Of a stretch of 18,465 nt of DNA, positions 1-9,780 are shown piece after piece (position 1 is the first letter of the stretch; each line of letters begins with the position of its first letter). The translations under genes were made by a program, and so were the position numbers. Source of the DNA: Ginkgo biloba. Lineage: Eukaryota > Plantae > Ginkgophyta. The notes under the pieces were generated by a model, which ran no database searches, was not told the origin of the DNA, and saw only the letters and a program-made list of their open reading frames with translations. The stretch is from NCBI GenBank assembly GCA_024626585.2, contig JANKJI020000004.1, positions 167,566,742 through 167,585,206 on the forward strand, given 5' to 3'.

Positions 1-355
1 CTTGACTCCATAGGACCAAACACTAGCCCTTCTAATGGTTAGGATGGCACATCATCTAGTAACAAAGCCTTAAGGTTCAAGGTTCACCTCAACCATAATA
101 GGATCTTTGTGATCTACTTCCTTGATAACATTCATAGAACCATAAGGAGCACGAATAAAAGGATCAATGCCAAGATTCAAATCTTCCCTTACATGGGTTT
201 CTAAAGGAGAATGATCCATTTTTACAAAATATTTTCTAGAAGACATTCTAGCTCTACAAAATCTACCTCTAGCCCTAGCTCTTCTATCAAATCCCACCAA
301 TCACTAGACTACCAAATGGACTTCCATATTCAAAGCCCAAACTTAAGATTTAATG

Positions 356-579
356 TAGCCTACAACCTACAAAATAAGAATAAACGTTATAGTACTAGTA
401 AGAATGCATCTATTTTCTAAAAGGGACTTCACATCTTGCTTTCTAGATAACAAAGAAGACTAGCCTACAACCTATAAAATAAGAATAAAATTTATAGCAC
501 TAAATATACTGTACTAGTAAGACTGCATCTATTTTCAAAAAAGGACTTCACATCTCACTTTTCAGATAACAAAGAATAC
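356..579. repeat. Two-copy tandem duplication (~105-bp and ~119-bp units)
   Basis: 356-460 and 461-579 both read TAGCCTACAACCTAyAAAATAAGAATAAA...GTACTAGTAAGAmTGCATCTATTTTC...GGACTTCACATCT...AGATAACAAAGAA. Copy 2 has a ~14-bp insertion before GTACTAG. Confidence 0.95.
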
Positions 580-1091
580 TTTACTTCTCACCACATTTCA
601 TAATTTAGGTAGTCTATCATCATAAAAGAATAGACCTCAAATACTTCCTTCCAACTAAATGCTTTACCATCTCCACTCTCTAGAGTATGAAGACATTGTC
701 CTTGTTTACTACTGTTATTGTTGGATCATGAAAGAGAATGATACTCAAGAAGGTAAAAGATAAGTGCTAATTTTAATAGTTTGAATAGGTCATATAGCAT
801 TGTGTAAATGTAAGAGGTAAAGCAAGTGTGTGAAGTTCACACTGTCTGTGTACTTGAAAAATATAGAAGCACCTAGAAAGAACATATAAACTGTACACAT
901 TTTTAATTTATTATCATAAAAAAAAAAAATTACAATTATTGATCTGACACTTGTGGATGGGTCACATCGAAAATTGGGCTCAAAGATCACATACAAAGAT
1001 GTTGTTTATATATCAACAAAAAATAATAACATAACTAATGTATATACACATGGTAGAACAAAAGTCCACAAATTAGATAGTTACATGAAGA

Positions 1092-2350
1092 TGTGATCGA
1101 AAGCTTAATGCTTAAACAAATTATAGGCAACGCCTAGAGAATCACAGGTGGATGCCTTAGGAAAAATTGAAGACTAAGCCTCATGGAATTGTAGGTCACA
1201 TTCAAGGGTTGCAATCACAAGTGGGTTCAATTTGAATTGCAAGCCTTCACTTGGGTGTTTTTTACATCTCTTTACTTCTTTTCTTCTTCTTCTCTTCTTG
1301 CTCTCTTGCTATGAAAGAGAATGTCAGTGATATCTATCTCTTCCTCTTCATGGTAATGACAAGAAGATGTCCCTTTTTGATTTTGCATTGATAGAACTTC
1401 CAAGAAAATATTTTTGTCCTCTTTCAGTTCGATGTCTGCCAAGAAATGAGAACTAGAATGATGGTGTTTGCACATTCAATTGTTAAGCAAAGTTAGTTGT
1501 CTTTGTCGGGTCAAAAAGGTGTTGGAACAATTTTCCTATTTGTGGTTCAACCTCATCTACAATAGGTTTGCAAGTGGATCGACTCCCACAACTCCACGTA
1601 TCTTTCATCTTCACTTGCAGTTAGGGTGTAGGTGATTGACTACACCTGTCACCCACAAGTGAGCGCTTATTNNNNNNNNNNNNNNNNNNNNNNNNNNNNN
1701 NNNNNNNNNNNNNNNNNNNNNNNNNNNNNNNNNNNNNNNNNNNNNNNNNNNNNNNNNNNNNNNNNNNNNNNTTGTGATTGCAAGCTTAATGCTTGGAAAA
1801 ATCACTTGCAACACCTAGAGAAATCATAGGTGGATGTCTTGGGGAAAATCATTGATTGAACTTGGTGGAATTGTAGGTCATGTCTGAGGGTTCCAATCAC
1901 AAGTGGGCTCAATTTGAATCATAATCCTTCACTTGGGTGTTTTTTTCATCTCTTTTCTTCTTTTCTTCTTCTTCTTATCTTGCTCTCTTGCTTTGAAAGG
2001 GAATGCCAACAAGATCTATCTCTTCCTCTTCTTGGTAACACCAAGACAATGGCCCTTTCTGGTTCCATATCGATAGAACTTCCAAGAAAATGTTTTTTTC
2101 CTTTTCCAATTCATTCTCTATAAGAAATGAGAGTTGGAACAACATCGATTGCATGTTTAGCCATCAAGCAGAGTTAGTTATCCTTGTCAGGTCAGGAAGG
2201 TGTTGAAATAATTTTTCCATTTGTGGCTTGGTCTCACCTACAATAGGTTTACAAGTGCATCGACTCACATAACTTCCTGTGTCTTCTAAATTCACCTATA
2301 GCCAGGGTGTAGGTGACTGATTAGACCTGTCACCCACAAGTGAGCACTTG
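1092..2350. repeat. Diverged direct duplication of a ~580-bp non-coding unit (1092-1671 and 1773-2350), probably part of a TE
   Basis: Collinear shared blocks: AAGCTTAATGCTT, GGAATTGTAGGTCA, CAATCACAAGTGGG, CCTTCACTTGGGTGTTT, GATAGAACTTCCAAGAAAAT, AAGAAATGAGA, AGTTAGTT, CCTGTCACCCACAAGTGAGC. The copies differ by many substitutions and are separated by a 100-N gap. Confidence 0.92.
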
Positions 2351-2745
2351 CCATTTCCTGCTTCACCTTCAGTCGAGCTACAAGTGAGCAACAATTGAGA
2401 TTCACCTAGTCAAGCTGTAGGTGAGTAATTACCACACTCCACCTTCATTCGGGGTGCAAGTGACCATAAGATCAATCACNNNNNNNNNNNNNNNNNNNNN
2501 NNNNNNNNNNNNNNNNNNNNNNNNNNNNNNNNNNNNNAGCATGTAGGCTTCACTTCTCTGATTTCACTTTCACCTTTTATTTTGCTTCATTTGCACATAG
2601 GTCGCAAGTGACTCCTTGCGACTCTGTGTTGTCCAACTCTGTTGTTAACATTTTTCGATTTTCACCTACATCTGAACTGCAGGCAGAACTCACCTGCAGT
2701 TTGGTTGTAAGTGAACCTGTCTACCTACGATTGACCTACAGGTGA
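1553..2745. repeat. Array of imperfect 25-bp palindromes, consensus TCACCTRCA-N7-TGYARGTGA
   Basis: Units at 1553-1577, 1611-1635, 2234-2258, 2292-2316, 2363-2387, 2402-2424 (2-nt deletion), 2439-2463, 2587-2611, 2662-2686, 2690-2714 and 2721-2745. Confidence 0.85.
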
Positions 2746-4299
2746 CTTCACACTATTTGGATTTCATTCTTTAGCGTCTCAACAACGATCTTGNNNNNNN
2801 NNNNNNNNNNNNNNNNNNNNNNNNNNNNNNNNNNNNNNNNNNNNNNNNNNNNNNNNNNNNNNNNNNNNNNNNNNNNNNNNNNNNNNNNNNNNNNNNNNNN
2901 NNNNNNNNNNNNNNNNNNNNNNNNNNNNNNNNNNNNNNNNNNNNNNNNNNNNNNNNNNNNNNNNNNNNNNNNNNNNNNNNNNNNNNNNNNNNNNNNNNNN
3001 NNNNNNNNNNNNNNNNNNNNNNNNNNNNNNNNNNNNNNNNNNNNNNNNNNNNNNNNNNNNNNNNNNNNNNNNNNNNNNNNNNNNNNNNNNNNNNNNNNAT
3101 ATTTGATTTATATTTGTCGATTAAAGAAGAGAAAAAAATATAGTAAAATATGATTATCAATATATTTAGATTGATATACCTACAAATGAAAATAAGGCAT
3201 AAAGGGATTCACTTTTTAAATTATTTTAAGGTTATTTCATATTTATTAAATTACTTAATTTGGGTAGTTGAATTGGTTAAGTTTTTAATGTAGTATATAT
3301 TAAATTTAACATGCTTTTAAAACTGATAAAAAATGTCAATTGTTAATGGTTTTTATAGTTTTTTTATGACTTCAAAATATGGAAGAAAAGGTAGTTATGA
3401 TTATATATTGTTATCAAGAGTATCATGAACTATTTCAAAATTTAAAATGTAGGGTAGAATAAATAATTAAAATCGTATCCAAAATGGATTTAAGAGGCTT
3501 AAGATTCACACCTATTGACTTTGTGGTCATTTTTAAGTCTTATAATATATTTTGCATTTTTAGGTGTCTACATAAATGAAAATGTCTAGCTTAGATTCTA
3601 GTAGCCAATTTAGGTTGTTAGCGAAGTAATTAGGGTTTATTAAGCAATATAATATTTTTCTTTATTTCAAGCTAAGATGGACTATGGAATAGAAGTGCAC
3701 AACTTGATTNNNNNNNNNNNNNNNNNNNNNNNNTAAGTGAATAAGAATAGGGAAACTGCATTTGAAGAGGTTTGAAATGGGTGAGAACTAAGGCCTTTAT
3801 TGAATTAAAAAGAGGCACAAAGGACTAATAAGTTATGATTATTGGAATTGAACAACTATAATATTGATGGAATATACACCTCCTCCAAATCTTCCTCATG
3901 ATGAAGTGTCATTTCTTGCCATTATAATGCCATACTAGTGAAGGACAAATGTTGTTATCGCCTTTTTTTGCACCTTGCGTTTACATCTCTATTTGTGCAA
4001 ATATGTCCTTTGTTGTTTTCATTTACTGATACTTATACCATTACAATTATTCCTTGCATCGCATGAGTGAACACATTCATTTATGTTACATGCTCGTTAG
4101 CTTATGCATTACTTCCACTCATTCTTATAGGTATCTCACACAACATAGGACTTTTCCATGCATTTTATCACATTTAACTATGGTTCCTATGCCTTAGCTA
4201 CATTCATATCACATATAGTTTTATCTCAACAATATTTGTATACAATAGGCTCATCATGCTTACCTACCATCATTAAGGTTACGAGGCCTTATTTATCAG

Positions 4300-4331
4300 T
4301 ATAAATACCTCTTGGATCCAACTTTAAGAGG
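4300..4331 (+). promoter_or_regulatory. Putative LTR promoter (TATA box plus short stem)
   Basis: TATAAATA at 4300-4307 is followed by the inverted pair CCTCTT...AAGAGG (4308-4313 / 4326-4331) within a non-coding stretch of LTR-like composition. LTR ends are not defined. Confidence 0.3.
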
Positions 4332-4680
4332 CATGAGGAATCTTCAATCATAGCATTGCTTATCATTTTAACATTGCATGCCATTTATGATCACAAATTG
4401 TTGAGAAGGATTAATTTGTTCTTGCTATACATCATAAGGCAAGAGTCTTTCAGATTTCTATCATACTATTGATGCATATATCACATCCATTGCACATGGG
4501 ATCAATATCTCATGAAGAGAGAGGAAATAAGGATTGCAATCATGAAGAGTACAATCCATTCTTAGTGAGGATGTTCCANNNNNNNNNNNNNNNNNNNNNN
4601 NNNNNNNNNNNNNNNNNNNNNNNNNNNNNNNNNNNNNNNNNNNNNNNNNNNNNNNNNNNNNNNNNNNNNNNNNNNNNNTT

Positions 4681-5356
4681 AATAACTAAATTTCTTATTT
4701 TCTATCAAGACCCCATACTTTTTCTTTGAGTTATTTCATACAGTTAGACAAGCTTGATTTTATAGAATTTGAAGAACTATATAAGGATGAAAAAGATTTT
4801 TTAGGAATCTACTCTACTATGAAGTAACCATTGATGTTACAGGCTGAGAAACTCAAGGACTATCATCTATAGGATGGAATTTTATATAAGTTAAGTATAA
4901 TTTATATTCTATATGGAGGGCACCATAATAAACTCATCTAANNNNNNNNNNTCATCATTCTAAGGTGGTAAGGCACTTTGGAGTGTAGAAGACATTGCAT
5001 AAATTGCATCGATATTTCTATTAGCCATAGATGGCCAAGGATTTTGCTAAGTTCATCAAGGCATGTGAATCATACTGCATTTCTAAGGCATCAAATAGAA
5101 ATCTTAGAAAGTACATGCCTCTACATTTACCATCTAGACCATGGGACTCTATCTCTATTGACTTCCTTTTTGATTTTCCAACCTTCCAAAAAGGACATAA
5201 CTATTTGTTTGTGGTAGTGGACAAGTTCAATAAAATGGTTATCATAATTTCCTACAAGAAGATTGTCACAAGATAACAAGCAATAGAAATATTTTTTTAA
5301 TATGTCCAAATCAATCATCTCAAATAGATACGAGAGATTCCCCAACCCTTTTTGGT
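4681..5356 (+). mobile_element. Degenerate Ty3/gypsy (chromovirus, CRM-like) pol remnant: RNase H end, integrase Zn finger and start of core
   Basis: Reading through stops: NN*ISYFLSRP (~NxxADxLSR), ELYKDEKDF, DYHL*DGILYK, HHSKVVRHFGV*KT...RYFY*P*MAKDFAKFIKACESYC (HHCC), YMPLHLPSRPWDSISIDF...LFVVVDKFNKM. After an internal deletion comes KSIISNRYERFPNPFW (~PKSIVSDRDxxFxSxFW). Confidence 0.93.
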
Positions 5357-5574
5357 ATGTCCTAATTCCCAAATATTTTCTTAATGTGTTTAATTTTAAA
5401 TTTTATTCTGTTATACATATTCTTGGGTTGCAGATCATTCATCTCAACAAACAAATTCTAGAGGTTTATCTGATGACCCTCTCAATAAAAAACAACAATA
5501 ATTGTAAGATCAAATGTCTAGATTAACTCTTACATAGGATAATGATCCTTCTTAGAATCAATAAATAGTTGTTA

Positions 5575-6260
5575 ACCCTCCCCATTCCCAAATGGCCATT
5601 CCATTTATGAACATTCGTTTCCAACAAAAAATGCAATGGAACCCTTTTTATTTTGGAGGAATTCTTCCATCACATTTCAACACTCCTTTTGGGTGCTTTC
5701 CTTTTGTTCACATTGATCCTTCTATGATTAGACCAAATGTTTTATGGGACCATATTTAGTTGACCCTTAGTAAGGGAATGTACCCCTTATTTAAAATCCT
5801 AATGACAATATTTTAGGGGGAACTCCTTCATTTNNNNNNNNNNNNNNNNNNNNNNNNNNNNNNNNNNNNNNNNNNNNNNNNNNNNNNNNNNNNNNGTGAA
5901 TATCCCTCTACAATAAGAAGGATCTTCACAAAGTGTTCCTCCTCTACACGGATGTTTCTACCACTAAAAAACTATACCTCCTCAATATGGTGGTCAACAA
6001 CCAAGCGTACCTCCTTTCCAAATAGGTCAACGACAAAATATTCAACCTCCTCCATATGGAGGTCAATAAGTTTTGCCTCCTCATCCACGCATTTAAACCA
6101 ATCCATATACCACAAGNNNNNNNNNNNNNNNNNNNNNNNNNNNNNNNNNNNNNNNNNNNNNNNNNNNNNNNNNNNNNNNNNNNNNNNNNNNNNNNNNNNN
6201 NNNNNNNNNNNNNNNNACATGGTCTGTACAAAAAACTTTTAGTGGCCCACCCTGGGTAAC
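5575..6260 (+). mobile_element. Pro/Gln/Gly-rich decayed reading frame, likely gag N-terminal region of a Tat/Ogre-like Ty3 element
   Basis: Plus frame reads FGGILPSHFNTPFGCFPF... and NIPLQ*EGSSQSVPPLHG...TIPPQYGGQQPSVPPFQIGQRQNIQPPPYGGQ*VLPPHP. It lies on the same strand and upstream of the protease/RT remnants. Assignment to gag is an inference. Confidence 0.5.
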
Positions 6261-6604
6261 TAATCAACTATTATTATTTTACATGTAAATTATTTGTACA
6301 TCGTGTCCTCAAGTCAATTACACTTCCCATAATTGACTGAACATAGAATCACTAACTACTTACAATATAACCGAATGGTAATAAAATCTTTCTAGTTACT
6401 AGATGACTGGTAACTATATATGATCCTAGTGAATTATGACTACCTATGACTCCAATGACTAGAAACTATGNNNNNNNNNNNNNNNNNNNNNNNNNNNNNN
6501 NNNNNNNNNNNNNNNNNNNNNNNNNNNNNNNNNNNNNNNNNNNNNNNNNNNNNNNNNNNNNNNNNNAAATTCCAATATTGGTGATGATTATAAGTAGAGT
6601 TCAT

Positions 6605-7895
6605 AATGTTCATAACATCTTCTTTGTGGGACAATTTTCTATTATTGCTATGCATTTGTCGATATTGAATTCTCCTACTTCTAGAAAAACTCCTTCATTT
6701 TCCAATGCATTGGCTAGATCATTATATTTCCTTCTAATATCTTTGAAGTTGATCTATTAAAAACTATGAATAACCTACTTGATTTATGAAATCAGGTGTC
6801 TAATACTCATATTTGATGACATATTCTTGGATTTGTAGAGATTTATTATTATCTACAAGTCCCCATAACATGAAATTCACCCTATCCTTAGGCTAAGAGC
6901 TATATAAAGGCCTTTGAGAAGTTCCATTGCCTATGTAATATTATTTATTGTGATATCCATGTTGAAGTAGAAAGATGTTAAAAGGTTACCTTACAAATTG
7001 ATCAACAATCTACCTGCACCTACAAGACTGTGATTCCTTTGGTTGATCCATCGAAGAATAATCTATTTTAGTTTAGAATGGTCTACATTTTTTATTTTGG
7101 GGGGATTCCTCCTTCTATCTAATCTCTAACTGAAAATTTTATGTGAGAGCTATCTCCCTTGGTTCATAGATATTTTCCTCATTAAATTTATTTAAGGGGG
7201 ATCATATTACTTTTGAGATGGTAAATATAGATTTTTTTATTTCAAAGTGTTCTACTAGACTTTTATCTTGAAAGATAACTACATTTCTTATTAGCCATAT
7301 TCTCCAGTTGATAGTACTTGGTAGTAAATACCAGATTGACTTCATAATATATTTTCCTATCATAACACCTTGATATTTGTCCTTCCATATATTTAAGAAG
7401 TGAGTTCTAGTCAAGGGGCCACTGAATTTGGGAGAGGTTTAGTTTGTTAAATATTATGATCTATAGATTCTTATCAAAGTCACACTAAATAAAGAGGTTC
7501 TCTTATGCTCTCTTATTCTTGTTTGTATAATACGCACCTTGAGGGGCCCACAAGTCCTTATTTTTATATTTTTAGTTGTGAGAAGCTTCCTATGTGATTG
7601 TAACCAATAAAAGGATTTGATATTGGGAATTCCATAGGGATTCCACACCTTTTTCTAGTTAACATTTCTAATTTGAGAGAATTTATCCTCTTCTTCAAGA
7701 GGACAATGGTAACCTACATAGATTTTACACTCCCATGTTCCCTTTATAGAACCAAAGATAATTTAATATTCTCTTTTCTCATAGTCAAATGTCCAAGGAA
7801 TGATAATTCTTAGAAAAGTTTTATATTCAACTTTCAACTCTTTAGGGGGATTTGGCAATTCCTAAATTTTCTTCCATCTTAATGTTTTCCCTTTT
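6605..7895 (-). mobile_element. Degenerate L1-type LINE ORF2 3' fragment (zf-RVT region plus RNase H-like domain)
   Basis: Minus strand: VGYH...KKVWNPYGIPNIKSFYWLQSHRKLLTTKNIKIR..GP (zf-RVT), SIWYLLPSTINWRIWLIRNVVIFQ (W..IW..RN..IF motif), FYFNMD near 6960, and INFKDIRRKYNDLANALENEG at ~6690-6755 (RNase H C-terminus, HI.RE.N..AD.LA). Confidence 0.88.
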
Positions 7896-7907
7896 ATTAT
7901 TAAAAAA

Positions 7908-9190
7908 ATGGCTACTTTATCGACACCTAATCCTTTTCCTAGCAAACCAAGTTTGAAATATATGGAATAACATGGCCTCACACATAATCCAGCGTAAGAA
8001 GATTTTCCAACACAACTATCAATCCAACTTAAGGAGAATGTTCATGAACCCCCTACAGACATGTCTATTATACCTCAAACTACTATTTCACTTGTGGCAT
8101 GGGTACCTATTTACAAGTCAAGGAATCATTTTTTTGCTACTAATAATGTATTGTATAATCATGATCCATCAGCTTCTATTGATATTATGCATGTTATATT
8201 TGAGGATGATTTCATGGTTACAACAATATCTATGGATTAATAAGCTCAATAGGAGAACACCACTAAATTTTGTATGACTCAAGTTAGTGCTCCTTTGCGG
8301 ATTCCTCGACCATTGTTTAAACCATAAGGGACTAAACCTACGCCTCATAAATAATTTTCTAATACATTTGATATCATTAAGAAACTATCTAAACCTACTT
8401 CCTATATCTCCCTCTTAGAGCTTTTACAAACATGTCCAAGTTAAAGAGAAGAATTCTTAAAGATCTTAGGGTTAGTGGAGACTCCTATTGATAAATTGAT
8501 AGTATTTGACACATCTATTCTTTCTTAAAAGAGTTCCACCTCTAAGATGTTCAAGATTATGGTTCATGTTGACCATCGCAAGGTATGGATATGTATATTT
8601 GATGAAGGTTTGTCCATCTCTATTATGTCTTAATCCACATTTAAATAATCAAGATTTTCACATGTTAATCCTAGTTCTCATGTTTTTCATGCATGGGGAA
8701 ATGAATCGACACCTTAATCTAGTACCCTTCATTAGTTACCCATTACGTTTGAAGGTAAAAATGTATGTATGTAGAGGTTTCCCAAACCAACTTACAATTC
8801 AACGTGATACTTGGTAGGGATAGGATTAGTGACATGAGGGAAGTTATATCTACTCTTTATAGTTTGATCCAATTTACATACATTGGTTTCATTTTGAGAT
8901 TCCATGAGTCCAAATATGCTAAGAAGAATGTCAGTGCATCCTCCTCATATTGTAGTACAATGGTTGTTTATTTACCTCCATCCACCTCTACCCTAATTGA
9001 TATTATAATGATTGTTATCAATATCTCCCTTGATGTTGGCCCTAGAATGACTATTCTTCCTCCTGGTTTGGAATGTATGATTAATACTTTTTTTATAATC
9101 CCTCATATGGAAGAACCCAATTCTTCTATGGTTTGGTTCATCAACATTAGTAAATAACCTATGCTTGGTGTTTTTAAAAATGATGAATCC
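7908..9190 (+). mobile_element. Degenerate Tat/Ogre-like Ty3/gypsy gag C-terminus and aspartic protease
   Basis: FDIIKKLSKPTSYISLLELLQTCPS*REEFLKILG (from 8367), catalytic-site-like IFDEGLSISIMS (DEG at 8601-8609), LPITFEGKNV, a frameshift, then VEVSQTNLQFNVILGRD...MREVISTLYSLIQF. Multiple stops. Confidence 0.85.
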
Positions 9191-9584
9191 NNNNNNNNNN
9201 NNNNNNNNNNNNNNNNNNNNNNNNNNNNNNNNNNNNNNNNNNNNNNNNNNNNNNNNNNNNNNNNNNNNNNNNNNNNNNNNNNNNNNNNNNNNNNNNNNNN
9301 NNNNNNNNNNNNNNNNNNNNNNNNNNNNNNNNNNNNNNNNNNNNNNNNNNNNNNNNNNNNNNNNNNNNNNNNNNNNNNNNNNNNNNNNNNNNNNNNNNNN
9401 NNNNNNNNNNNNNNNNNNNNNNNNNNNNNNNNNNNNNNNNNNNNNNNNNNNNNNNNNNNNNNNNNNNNNNNNNNNNNNNNNNNNNNNNNNNNNNNNNNNN
9501 NNNNNNNNNNNNNNNNNNNNNNNNNNNNNNNNNNNNNNNNNNNNNNNNNNNNNNNNNNNNNNNNNNNNNNNNNNNNNNNNNTAG

Positions 9585-9780
9585 GGATGGGTCCTAATTT
9601 CATGTCTCTTCATATTAAGACTTATCTAAATTCCAAGAAATTTTATAAAAACATCATCTTATGAAGCCTCAGTTGGATTAAATCATTAAGAAAGAAGTTA
9701 AAAAACTTCACTATGCTCAGTTTATTTGTTTGGTTATCTACACCAAATGGGTAGCAAATATTTTTCCCATCACCTCAAAA
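9585..9780 (+). mobile_element. Reverse transcriptase N-terminal remnant of a Tat/Ogre-like Ty3 element
   Basis: GMGPNFMSLHIKTY... then MKPQLD*IIKKEVKKLHYAQFICLVIYTKWVANIFPI, matching G.DP...H.I...IK.EV.KLL.A.FI......WV.N.VPV at the start of Tat RT. Confidence 0.85.

Noticed and set aside
70-420. Short ORFs 70-300 (-) and 211-420 (+) as genes
   Set aside because: No recognisable motif. Probably decayed TE sequence.
1272-2123. ORFs 1272-1475 and 1914-2123 inside the duplicated unit
   Set aside because: They arise from CT-rich low-complexity tracts, and the frame is not preserved between the two copies.
1553-2745. CRISPR-like array of palindromic repeats
   Set aside because: Repeats are degenerate, spacing is irregular, there are no cas genes, and the context is eukaryotic TE DNA.
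7972-8817. ORFs 7972-8277 and 8506-8817 as hydrophobic proteins
   Set aside because: They are off-frame translations of the stop-containing gag/protease frame.
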